Shown here piece by piece: positions 26,887-38,879 of a stretch of 64,000 nt of DNA. Source of the stretch: Gonapodya sp. JEL0774 (taxonomy: Eukaryota). The notes beneath the pieces were generated by a model. The model was given only the letters and a program-made list of their open reading frames with translations. It searched no databases and had not been told where the DNA came from. The DNA lies in NCBI GenBank assembly GCA_027604505.1, contig JADIIX010000025.1:1-64000 (forward strand), in the 5' to 3' direction. Within the stretch, counting starts at the first letter, position 1. Every line of letters begins with the position of its first letter. The translations under genes and the position numbers were made by a program.

Positions 26887-28536
26887 CTACAAGTTGTCGC
26901 CTTGGTGATTCCTCAAGGACCACCACGAAAATATGCCCCCTTTTCGATCTCTATTGCTGTCGCTGTTGTCTACTCTGGGGTTCCTTATCCTCCGTAACAT
27001 CTGTGACAGTGGCCGAAATGTCCTCTCTCGCCAGTCACGTCCACCGTCCCCGCGACGCTCTCGTGCTCTCGGAACCGTTTGCGACCGCTGGATCCTCAGG
27101 AAAGCTCTCCATCTCCAAGCTCTTGGCGAGGAACGCAGTTTGGAAGGGGGCGACGGCACAGGGGAAGTGCGGGGAAGAGATCCTGATGTTGGAGATTCGG
27201 ACCGGTGCAAAGTACTGTCCGACTTCACGAGAGGCCGAATGTGCACCGAGCGCGAACTGGAACGCTGTGGCGGGAATGCGGAAGCAGATCCGCCACTCTC
27301 CTGGGGTTCGTTGTCGGCCGCACGTGCGCTACGGCCATCGTCAGGTTCCAGCGCCTTTGGAAGTCCATTCACCGCATCCATCAAAATCTGCACACACGTG
27401 TGTTGTTCCATTCTCGTCGCCACCACAATGGCGTCCTGAGATACCTCCCGAGGAATGTCTCCCTGCGCCAGAAGGGCGCGAACTACCCGATCATGTCCCC
27501 GTCGTGCCGCTGTGATGAGAGCGGGTGCTTTGATTCGGGAATTGCTTGAGGAAGCGATGAAGCGTACGGGCTCTTCAAGCCCTCTAGCCGCGCAAAAGTG
27601 AAGGATTTCAGCGATGGTGCTATCCGCGAATTTACCGATTTGATTCCCCCGGTCCACGAATGTCGAGAAAAGTTTGAGGAAGACGCGCTCGTTGCCGACG
27701 TAAGCTGATAGAAGCAAGGCACGCTCAATATCGAGACGTTGCGCATGCACGTCGACTGAAAGTAGTACCTCGAGGCATCTGACACCCGCGCCCGTGTGCG
27801 CAATAGCGAAGAGGGGAGATTGTTCGTCGGCATAAATGTCCGCACCCAAATCGATGAGAAAGTGCATGAGATCTGCGTTTCCCGATATCGCGGTGTTCAT
27901 CATGCATAAACTGTCCGATGCAATGAGCTCTCGAGCATCTTGGTATTGTTCCAACAGGGTGCGCAGGATATCGAGGTGGCCTCCCCGACAGGCCGCTGGA
28001 GCGAGCTGCACGACGGCGATATCTCCACCCATAATAGAGCAAAATTTTCCGAGAATATCTTTCAAGTCCATGCTTAAAAGTGCTGACTGTGCTCTATTCG
28101 AACCCTGCGGCTCAACCTCAGCGCCGGCCGGAATGCCGTCCAATAAAGCTCTGAAAACACCTGTATCCAGGGTGGCTCTCGATAGCTCAAAATAAAATGC
28201 ATTCTGCACCGATCCGAATCGCTTGACACCCCGTGATGCTATACCCGAGGGGTCGCGGAGTTTGGTCCTGAGATTGCGATTGAGCTCGGGAAACAACGAT
28301 CCCAGCCGATGCACCCCGTTGAAAGGAAGATAGACGGCTATAAGGAGAAGAATCTCGGGTGGTAGATCGCATAGATTCGTCACGTTGGGAGAAGTGGAGA
28401 CAGAGGCGGAAATACCCGATGGAAATATTGCGCGAAGAGATGAAGTGGAACTGGCCGCCGCCTCGGCAGCTGGCGTGATATTGGGCTCTCGACTGTGCGG
28501 TCTCAATCGCGCGATGAGTCTTCGGAATGCCCACAT
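26887..28536 (-). CDS. F-box plus ankyrin-repeat protein (3' end uncertain)
   Basis: LCDLPPEILLLIAVYL F-box; ankyrin motifs AACRGGHLDILRTLLE, AISGNADLMHFLIDLGADI, ALITAARRGHDRVVRALL. Confidence 0.8.
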   Translation of the reverse strand: MWAFRRLIARLRPHSREPNITPAAEAAASSTSSLRAIFPSGISASVSTSPNVTNLCDLPPEILLLIAVYLPFNGVHRLGSLFPELNRNLRTKLRDPSGIASRGVKRFGSVQNAFYFELSRATLDTGVFRALLDGIPAGAEVEPQGSNRAQSALLSMDLKDILGKFCSIMGGDIAVVQLAPAACRGGHLDILRTLLEQYQDARELIASDSLCMMNTAISGNADLMHFLIDLGADIYADEQSPLFAIAHTGAGVRCLEVLLSVDVHAQRLDIERALLLSAYVGNERVFLKLFSTFVDRGNQIGKFADSTIAEILHFCAARGLEEPVRFIASSSNSRIKAPALITAARRGHDRVVRALLAQGDIPREVSQDAIVVATRMEQHTCVQILMDAVNGLPKALEPDDGRSARAADNEPQESGGSASAFPPQRSSSRSVHIRPLVKSDSTLHRSESPTSGSLPRTSPVPSPPSKLRSSPRAWRWRAFLRIQRSQTVPRARERRGDGGRDWRERTFRPLSQMLRRIRNPRVDNSDSNRDRKGGIFSWWSLRNHQGDNL

Positions 28537-29378
28537 CGTAGGCGCCCAGAGAAATGGGCGTCTGAAACCTCGAATAAGTCAATATATTACAATAAAGCGG
28601 GTCATATAGTGGTAATCCCCGCTCGCGATGACCAGGCCTCAGTGCAGATCGCGACACGTATTCCTGCCTTGTTGCTTCGATTGCCTGCAACACAAATGGA
28701 ATCGTCACTGGACCGTCGCCAATTGCTGCTGTTTATCAGGAACTGTGTGAGTCGGATGTTCGCCCATGACGTTTGGTAAGTTGGTTTAGTTGTTATGTCA
28801 CGCAATATATATGTCGTTTCTACCCAAAACACAAGAATCAGAACGCGAATGCAAGGGTAATTGTTGCATTTTGAAAATAGTTCTACGTCTCAAGCATCAC
28901 AATTGAATACAGGCAAACAAACGAATAGATTTCCTAGTATGTGCCGCTAGGGGCAACGTGGCGTACATATCATATTGCGCAATCCCTCTTTATGTAACAA
29001 CCACAAGAGCCCACCCCTTGCAACCTCACCCTCCACACTTTCGATGGTTGTGACAGAACACTAATAAAAGTGCTCTTGTTACTAATAGAGGATGAATATG
29101 TAACGTACCACTCGTACGTGGTGTAGTCTAGTGTGATTGGGGAACAATTGTCATCAAGTGAACATCAAAAATGTTGCTGTTCTAGTTACGATTTGGGTGC
29201 GACAAGACTAAGTTCCCTTCTCAATCATGTCCTCTCTGGCCGTGAATGGTCCATGTACAATCTACTCGCATTCTGTCTATCAAGGGACGCTTGGGATCAT
29301 TGTCAGGTCCTCGATCCACCCAAACCGCTAGAATGCCTAAAGCAATCTCAATCTCGCGACTGCCAGCAAAACTTCTTA

Positions 29379-31451
29379 TCACATAGAGCAATGTAACGCC
29401 GAATCTCCAACACCCTTCCGAGCCCAAGTCTGAGAGTCGCCTGCGCGGGTGTGCCGAGGGTCAACACAACCGTTCGTTGCTCCACATTCACATCCAATTC
29501 CACTGTCACTGTCTTCCCATCCTTCAACCTCGACCTGTATTGTGGAGTGGTGGATGCCAAACACTCGGCACACCACGCTTTCAACGTCGTGCAGGATCCT
29601 CCGGACATCTCCAAGCGTGGTGGGGCGAAGCTCTGAATCGGAAGCATGGCTAACATGCAAATCGCCCTCGTGATCGTGGCCATGATGCTCGGTGGTGTTG
29701 ATGGTTACGGTCTGCTTAGCGGAAACTGTGACGTGAACTGTCACCGCTGCTCGTCCGAGTGTCAGGTTCCAGGCATGGAGATCGTGCACTCCCTTGACTC
29801 CCTGAATTGCCCTCAATTTTCTTGAGAGGTTTCTCAGGTCGAGCCCAAGCGGGGTCGCTTCCATGAGTACGGAGGTCGCACGGCCGAACAAGCGTACGGT
29901 GGTAAGGAGGACGGCAACGGAGAAGACGAGAGTCGTGAGGGGGTCGGCGATGGTGGCGGATGGATTGAAGTAAATCTGGTAAGTTCACGTCAGGGGTGGT
30001 GCACACAAGAAGATAGCAGGTCGATCAAGAATGTGCACTCGAATGAACTGCGCGGGTCACTCCAAGAAAGACTCACGATAACAGAAGCAATGAGAACTCC
30101 GACAGATGATATCAGATCACCGATAACGTGGAGTGCAGCTGAGGAGATGTTGATGTTGGTATCCTTTCATGCGATGAACAGGACCAAACATAAAAGATGA
30201 ACACTCAAACTTCGGAACCTCGCATAAAGTCGAGGCGATGACGAAGCGAAATCTTACATCATGGCCATGTCCTGATTGTTCATTTCCATGTGCGTGACCT
30301 TCCTCCTCATCGCGCGAACTCCCCGATTCGACGCTGGATTCGACGCTGGATTCGTCACCATGATCATGCTCGTGTTCACCATCATGGCTGTGGTCAGTCA
30401 CAGTGCCGGGCGATGAGGTTTTCGAGTGCGAGTGCGAGTGCGACTCGTCCGAGTGATCGTGATGGTGGCCGTGTCCACCGTGCCCGAGGACCAAGGCGAG
30501 AATAATGTTGACCAAGACGCCCGCAAGGGCAACGGCAAACATAACCTAAGTAAGTGTTAAATTCGAAGTGGTATGAGGTTTGACGGAATTTATGTTGCGG
30601 AAGGAGGCGGGCTCACAGGGGCATCTACGGGGTTCGGGTTGAGGATACGTTGAACGGCTTCCCATACAAGGCCAGCTGTGAGAACCCAGATAAAGAAGAT
30701 GGAGAATAGGGCACCGAGAATCTGGAGCGAATGAGGGACGGGGTCGATCGTTAGTCTATGACGATGCACGAGAGGGTTCCATCATGTCCGATTCAAAGAC
30801 CGCCCAGTGAAGCACGTCTTCACGGTGCTATTGTTCAACGATAACGAGTGTCCTCTAATTTATCTGACCCACCTCGGCTCTATAGTACCCATAGCTGTGA
30901 GTGGAACTGGCTGGGAGTTCAGCCAGGTGGAGAGCAGCGAGAGACATGACGAATCCCAGCACGTCAGAAAGGAGGTGGAAGGAGTCCGAAAAGAGAGCGA
31001 GAGAACCTGAGGTAGTGTCGATGCCAAAGACGTAGCAGCGGGACATTGCGTTTCCGTTGGGGCTGATCAAGGATGAAGCAAAGAGCAAGAACTCACCAGA
31101 GCAGAAGGCTCCAACAACTTCAATCATAAAGAAAGTAATACTGAGCCCAATAGCCCATGTCAGTTTTCGCTTGTCGCGTGCGACCTGTTTCGCCCTCTTT
31201 CCCCCGCCTCCGCCTCCCGCTCGCCGGTCCTCCATCGCATGATGCGGGTCGTCAGCACCCAAGTGGCAGTTATCGACAGGATTATACGACGAGCGACGCG
31301 ATAAAGAAGATTTCGGCAGCACGCCGCCCTGGGTCGTGGCATCCTCGCCGGGCTCGTGGTTGTGGAATGCGACAGACGGCCGTGCCTGTGACTGCCCGCC
31401 TTGCAGCAAGGGAGTGGTCGCGTCATGCTCGTGCGAAGTCGCTGCAGGCAT
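29379..31451 (-). CDS. Cation diffusion facilitator (ZnT/CzcD-like Zn transporter), copy 1
   Basis: GSLALFSDSFHLLSD, HSYGYYRAE, His-rich loop, NINISSAALHVIGD, LMEATP, VHDLHAWNLT, FGIHHSTIQVE. Confidence 0.94.
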
Positions 31452-31837
31452 GGTGTCGGCGCAATTTGCCGTTCTCAGAACTGATGGCCAAAACGATTTC
31501 CGGCTGAGGAGAAAAACCTGTTGGTCACACTGGCGCAGTCGACTGGGGTCCAACTAAATACAAGTGACGTGAGTCAACGCTACAAATACGAATAAAAACG
31601 CTACGCATTTCGGTGTGCCATAGTTCTGGTCTTATATTTAGTCCCGGTGTACAGATGGCACCATTTGGCGCTTTCTCGTCCAACTTCTTTAGAGCATGAT
31701 GGTAGCCGACTTCGCTGTAAAGTCTTGCAAGACCGTTTTGGAGGGAGCTGCGCATTACGTACATTTGAAGACGCGATTGCCCCAAATTGCGAACAACTCA
31801 GCACATGGGTTGCATTGATTTGGGTTCTATGGATATG

Positions 31838-33978
31838 CTACCCTGTCTCTTCTTCAACTTTCCGGATACCCTCCTCAACATCCGCTCTTTCAACTGTCTG
31901 CAACGTTCGCCTATCCCACGCAAGACCACCAGACCCACCAACCGTTCTGGCCAGACCGTTCAGCCTCGCATCCATAGCCACCCTCGTCTTGCTGAACAGA
32001 ACTTCAACAAGCCTTCCATTTCCAGTTCTTCTCCTATTCTCTCCAAATCGTGCAATCTCTCCGGCGAGCCATGCCCTGTCGGCATCAGGTGCCAAGTCGA
32101 AACCACTAGTGGACGCTTGACGCTCAAAAATAGCGGCCAGTTCGCGAGGTGTATAGTCCGCGAACGTGAATGTGTAAGGAATACGAGATCGTAGACCAGG
32201 GTTGGATGCGAGAAAGGTAGACATGTTCTCAGGGTACCCTGCGAAAATGAACGTGGTGGAGTTTGTGCTGAGGGTCATTTGGGTAAGAATGGCATCGAGC
32301 GCAATCCGACCATAGTCAGATGTCGAAGCTGAGGTGAGACGATAAGCCTGGTGGGCAATTATAGGGGTTGGTCCGGTTTAGACGTTCAAGTTGCTTAGGT
32401 CAAAAACTCATCATCCTGACAACAACCCAACACTCACCTCATCCACAAACATGATACCATCCTTAGCCATTTCAAATGCAGCCTTCATCTTGGCCTCCGT
32501 CTGCCCCACAAATGGCCCAACCAAATCATCCCGAGACACCTCTAGGAACTTTCCGTTCGGTGGTAATAGGTCAACCTTGACAAACGGAGGATATCATCAC
32601 ATGTAGCACTTTCGAAAGAGATAAGGAGATCCCACCTTTTGCATTAATGCTTTGACAAGACGAGCCATTTTGGTCTTGCCGGTACCAGGGTTGCCGATAA
32701 AGGTCATATGGGGACGAGCAATCGGTCCGGTGGTGATGCCCAGCTTACGACGAGCGACGTTAAGTTTGGCGCCTGTGTGTAACAAAGTGCTAGTTATTTC
32801 GTCGACCAGTGAAGGCAGAGTATAAGGAAAACGAAGGACATACTAGAGTAAAACTCTTGAAAAGCGTGCTTGAGCTAGTGCGGATGGTGAATGAGTGACA
32901 GTCAAACATGTAAAAAGGTAGAGAGATAGGCAATCAGAAGGTTTCTATTCCTTCTCAATTCCTTGACCAACAGTCTTGACTCTCTGTCTCCTTTCCTTGC
33001 GGAGAGAAAGACATCATATTGGATCCAGGCCCACGAGAACGAGAACACCACGTTTCATGCAATACATGTATGTCTTCGCCCTTGTGAGGCGCGTACGACT
33101 CCGTGACTCAAGCATGATAATCAACTCCGACTCACTTTGGCCATCCCGATAACGTCTCTGAACAGCGCCGCTACTTCTGGATCTAAGTCCCGCGAGCCTT
33201 CCAGATCCTCGTCGGTGTCGGGTTCCAGTTGCTTGACACGTAACTGAACTGAAAAGAGAGCATCCTTGAGCGTGCGAATTTCAGCATCTCGAAGAGCAAG
33301 GAGGGAGCGAAGATTTGCGACATCGACGGAGCTATCGCTTTCGATAGTGGACGAAGCAGTTGCGGGATGATCTAGGGGTATAGCCGAGGGCTCGACTTGA
33401 AGAGTTTTGGATTCCTCAGTCGCTCCCACGGAATCCCTCTCCAGGTCCACCCCTCCTATGCGCCGTCTCCATTCTTCGACAAGTTCATACTCTTCGGGCT
33501 CCGCTTTGGATACGGGTACTTCCTCGGGAGGCAAGTCTCTCTCGTGCCTGCTTGAGTCGGCTAATTGTGTGCTTCCTTCAGCAGAACCCCGCGCTTTTTG
33601 CTTCTTCTTTTTGCGCGGTTTCTGCGTCGCCACCAATGTTTGCGCCACCAATGTTTGAGTCGTCACCGATGGACTCCTCTGTATTACCCGCATGGGTTTG
33701 GAGCTCTCCCGATGGCGCAATCGCTTCCGCACCTCGGAAGAAGGCAATTGTGGTTCGTCAGCAGATGCTATATCATTGTCTAAGTCCAAATTCCTTTGCA
33801 ATAGAACGTATTGTGGATGCCACAAAGTTGCAAAAACTCCTGGCTGAGAACTCAACACTTTCGACACTCCGAGTGCCGAAAGGGATACAAGCACAGAGCG
33901 GATCCACAGGAAAACAATGACAACAACCAAAGCAATGGACAAAGGAGTCATCGCCCAGATGTCTGAAGCCGACGCCAT
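31838..33978 (-). CDS. CbbX/CfxQ/SpoVK-family AAA+ ATPase with N-terminal TM anchor and coiled coil (4 introns)
   Basis: VIGMAK|LK, HMTFIGNPGTGKTKMAR (Walker A), EVSRDDLVGPFVGQT, IMFVDE|AY (Walker B), IFAGYP, NPGLRSRIPYTFTFADYT, GNGR; N-terminal SIALVVVIVFLWIRSVLV. Confidence 0.88.
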
Positions 33979-34237
33979 CGTTCAATAGGTTGAGAGTTCA
34001 ACCGGCTGTGTGTGGAGCCGAAGCAAGTGTGAACCCGCCTGACCCCCCCGAGTAGCAGCCCCTGCTGCTTTTGGACACACAGTACTCCTGCAATGGAAGT
34101 AACTGGATTATTCTTTCCGGCAAGAGTCCATTACACAATCCAATAACAATATGTACACGCAAACATTCCTTCCTTCACTTGATTCCAGCAAACACGGCAT
34201 CCACCTGTCACAAGCAATAAAACTGTTGATCAGATAT

Positions 34238-36324
34238 TTACCCCTCTTCCACTTCTCCCTCCCCCATGGCGTAACCTGCGTTCCTCAGATCTCCCCAACT
34301 TTCACGTTCTTCTTCGGCCTTCTTTCCCCCGTTCATGGTCTCTAATTGGTCGATAGGTGGGTGTAGAAGCACTTTCAACTTTCGACGTTTCTGAGGTGTG
34401 GTGTCATGGTTGTCGGAGCTCCGGCGTGTGACATCCAAAGATCCATTTTCCGTTTCCTGCGCTGTCCTCTCCTCAGATCGTATCAAATGGACGGCAATGC
34501 TGTCACCAAATCCATCACTCTCAGTAGCTTCTCTCTCATGTTCCCAACCCGCTCGCACAGCCTCCATAACACCCACGAACGCATCGACCGTTGCCCAGGC
34601 GTCGTTACCGGCGTTGTGGAGGGGCAGCGATGAGTGCAACTTGAGAGCTTGCAAGATCTGATAGAATCGGTAGCGAACAAAAGTGGAGCGAGATAAGCTC
34701 GAGTCAGCGATACTCGGTCAAATCTTGCTGATAATGAGTTTGTGCATGAACGTACCCGTACCAATCCGACCCGATTCTTCGCACTGACACCACGAGCCGC
34801 GCAGTATAGGTCAGAGACGTCGAACCTTGTCATAAGGGCGGAGCGAAGCACAAGATTAGCCATCGCCCCACTCGGCGATAATCAAATACAAAGACATTGT
34901 TTCGATTAGTGCCACCCGGGACAGCACACTCAAGCCATACTCCCGAATGCGGTTGTATGGAGCACGTCTGCGCAACACGGCACTCACCATAGTGGTCGCA
35001 GTCCTCCCGCACTCTGCGATTTCTTCTTTTGCTTCTTCTTCTTCTTGTTCGTTGTCTGCTCTTCTAACTCTACTGTCGCTTCAATGTCCGGTTCTTTCCG
35101 CTTCACTGCCGCGTCAAGGTCTTGCTCTTTCCATTTCACTGTCGCTCCAATGACCTGCTGGGTCGACCCACTTGTAGCTGCTGGAACGGTCTCGGATTTG
35201 GTAGTCGAACAAGGAGTTTGGTCGGTATCATGAGGCGAGCTCTCACTGAATTCTCCGGAATCAGAGTTCTCGTCACGCTTCCTCTTTTGAGGTGGTCGCG
35301 GAGGTGACGCTGCGGATTTGGTGTAGGCTCCGATCTCGGGTGCTGCCAATTCCAGTTGTTCTTCTGGCATCACAAAGTATCCTTTTTTTTGAAAAGCGAC
35401 AAATGCTGGGCATGCAGCGAGAAGGTGCGAAAGGTCCAGTCCACTGTTTCGGAGGAACTTAAAGTCGGATTTGAGGTCGAGACCTACAAGATGTACTGGA
35501 CGTAGTGCCAAGTCAGAAGTTGATGGAGTGAAAGTAAGGCCATGAGATGAGGATGGGGTAGACGAGGAAGGCCGAGCGGACGCCCAAAGACTACTGGCAC
35601 TGTTGTGGAGTGTGAGAGTTCCATTCACGGTAACACCCGCCAGAGTGCATGCATCCCGGATGCAGAGATCCAGGGCAGAAATGAGGGGAAGTATCAGAGT
35701 GCCACGCTCTCGTAACGTGTCGATTGTCGAAGAATCTACACGAGGTAAGGACTGTGGGTGCGAGTAGTCGGCAGGCGGACACCTGATAGTCTCGCCGTCC
35801 AAACTAGCCGTATCACCAAACCTGGTGCGTTGTCCAAAGGCGTATTCGAGAACGTTATCCTCGACCCAACGCCCGTTCCTCCGCGCCGCATTTTCTCGCA
35901 CTACGACATGCCTCCCTGCAACCACCCGCCGCTCTCGAGAGCAGTGAAAGGCCCACCCAAGCTCGGTGATGAGTTTACTGTTCCGCTCGAATGCTTCGAT
36001 GTCGATGCTTAGTAAAAGTGGGGGTGCTTTGTCAAGATCACCATTGTCGCCTCCTGGCTGGAAACCCAACACGCTTCCCGCAGATTCAAGCAAAGCAATT
36101 TGTTGATTACTTCGATTTCTGGAAGAGCAGACTCTGAGCGGGGGCTCTGGTGTTTTCGCGGGCTTCTTGGCGGTAATATCGCGCTGCTCTTCTCCACCTG
36201 GGAGATTTCCGCTGAGAGAGCGACCGACTTGTTTAGCATGCGGTTTCGATGCAATCGCCTTTTGTAGGGCATGACGCCCTCGTCCTGACTGTGAAGGAAA
36301 CATTTTCAAGTGTTTCTGCTTCAT
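34238..36324 (-). CDS. DEDDh exonuclease, Gfd2/YDR514C/QIP-like (spliced)
   Basis: LLSIDIEAFE...ITELG (ExoI), LVGLDLKSDFKFL (ExoII), FDVSDLY, LHNAGNDAWAT (ExoIII). Confidence 0.82.
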
Positions 36325-37022
36325 ATTGGTCGTTGCTCGTTGAACGGTTTCCGTCAATGTGCACGATCCGTCCCACTAACTACTCACACCAAAAGCCCAC
36401 CGAGTCGCACCGTCTGTGTTTGATATATCTGTCACTTGAGCACTAGCTCAAGTGAGCTCGATGATTCTCCGTTCAGATGGCGCCTCGAGTACGTGTGAGC
36501 TGTATTCTGGGTTCGAGAATCTATTCTGCACGACCACTTTCAATAATGTTATACAGAGCACCGATTGTGAGATTTAGAGTCAACGGTTATACCACACTTC
36601 CGTGGCAGGTCATCGTATCGTTGCGAGACAGAACGCAGGCGCCTGGAGCGGCTGAGAGTCCGAGTGCACTATATGCGGCAAATACGTTTGCATGGGTGAT
36701 TCAGTATTAGTATGCAGTCTTTGCCTTGAAGGAACCATGTCATTCTAATTAGTTAGTAGACAAATGCATTTTGTGTCCGTTTCGAGACAAACAACCCGGA
36801 CCTACAGTCGCAACCGTTTATTGACGTCGCATTTCGATCGCTCAAATTGCATCTATCTCTGAGAAACGTGGGAAGCGTCCAACCCGGCTTCCGAGTGAGG
36901 GATTACATTACAAGTGGAGGAGAATGGCTTATGTAGTCAGTGTTGTGGCGCCACACTTGTTGACAATTAAACTCCAACTGAAATACTATTCCCGTTCGAC
37001 GGAAGCGCAAGATACCTACTAA

Positions 37023-38460
37023 ATGAGCAACCAAAATTTTCCTCCCACATTTCCTCAACGTAAGCACCTGGAAACGTGACTGGTAACTGAAAGCGGGGGA
37101 TCATCGAGGCGAGGCGGCCTATTCTTGTATCTGATCGCAACAGCTCCACCATCAGCATCCAGTTCTCCAACCGACAGTGCCGTCTTCGTTATCTTTCTGT
37201 CTGCGGCCGGAGCTGCCTTGTTTGGAACAATTGTTGCGGTTCTCGTCGTTCTGTTCCTTCGCCGTGTGAGTGCACACCTTCCTCCCCCCGCAACTTGTGA
37301 ACCCTTCATGAAATTGCCTCTCACGTATCGTTCTGTAGCGACGGTCGCGGCTTTTGAATCCTTTACGAGAGCAGAACCCAGAGATGTATCAAATTGCTGT
37401 GATAGCGCCTCAGGATGACGGGACACGTGATGCCACTATCGCCAGGATAGAACCGACATTACTGCAAACTTTCGCAGTTTGGAAATTTGAGGGAGCTAAA
37501 GTGAAACAGAAGAATGAAGCGAAAGAGCAAAGTGACAAAGGGAAGAAGAGCTCGACTGCCAACACCGTAGCGGGGTTCGTGAATGACAGTTGCACACAGC
37601 AGGTTCCGGGAGCTTCATCGATGCATGTAGACCGAGGGACTCAAGAGATTCGACTACGCAAATCTCTCACTCAGTCTGGAGCTTTCTCGATTCCAAAGTC
37701 GCCTCACAATAACTCTCCAACGGGCACCCCGAGACAGTCCCTATCCTCCCTCGCGAGCCGTCGAGCTCGCCGTGCGTCAACCGGCAGCATTCAACCGACT
37801 CCCAGCTCAGAACTCTGTTCTATCTGTATGGATGTCTTTACTGCTGGTGTCACCCTCCGTCAGCTCCCGTGCGGCCACACCTTCCACGTTCTGTGCGTGG
37901 ACGAGTGGTTGCTCACCCAAAGGGGAGAGTGTCCGCTCTGTAGGCTGGACTTGACTCGGCGTGGTAGCTGGTATCAAACTGGGACGACAGGGAGGGCAAC
38001 ATGGATTGGGGCGGAGGAACGGGGGACCACACCCATTATGCAAGCAGCAGCGAGACGCCATCGATTCAGTATTTCTGAATCTTTTAAGAGACTTTCCATC
38101 GCAGCTCTCACTGTGAGATCTGAAACTTCCCTGATCGGACGGGCAAGTTCGTCCGGCAATGTGGCCACGGTACATCCGCTCGGCTCCAGATCCTCGATCG
38201 GGAGGAGACCTTCAGCTCCTTCGCTCGTGACTACACTGTCATCAACTGAAGACGTCGCCAGAGATGGACGGAATATCATCGTCCAGACATCTACGTTGGA
38301 CAATCATTCCGCTCCATCTCTAGTAGTGCACGATCCTGCGATGAGGCGAGAGCAACCTGAGCTTCAACCTCATATCTCTCCTTTAAACTCAGGTGAAGGC
38401 ACCTCAGAGACGCAAGTGGACTTTGGTGAGATCGAGAAAACCCTCGCACCATCACTATGA
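37023..38460 (+). CDS. Single-pass TM RING-H2 E3 ubiquitin ligase (start approximate)
   Basis: TM helix AVFVIFLSAAGAALFGTIVAVLVVLFLRR; CSICMDVF...LPCGHTFHVLCVDEWL....ECPLC. Confidence 0.88.
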
Positions 38461-38879
38461 AACAGAACCTTGGTTGTCGCCATCTCGTTTTATTTGTGGT
38501 CCACCGCGTATGAGTTCGGACACTCTTGCATTGATTATTCTTGGATACCGCACTCCCAAGTATGGTTTTCAGGTGCCGCGCACTCTTTCGTGAACATTTT
38601 GGACGCTGGTTAGGGGATTGGGGCACACTAGTGCCTCGCCCTACGCGCACACGTACGTGTTATAGGTTCTGGATGTATGAAATTCAAATGTTTGTGACAA
38701 ATTATCTATCAAAGAATAGATTCTAGTCTTGTGAAAATGTATTTTTGATTCGTAATGCGCAATTAGCAATTATCACCGTTCCGTTTGTGCCGACGACTTG
38801 CCGAGATGCTTTCGCTTTGCTAAGGTGCTCGTGGGTTCGCACCCGTCTTCCATTCTATAGATATACTCAGACGTCTGGG

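Noticed and set aside
33628..33657. Short in-frame tandem duplications (15 bp here; 12 bp near 30325-30354; AATCCC runs near 50480-50500)
   Set aside because: Ordinary slippage in disordered coding regions; not a CRISPR-like or spacer-bearing array.
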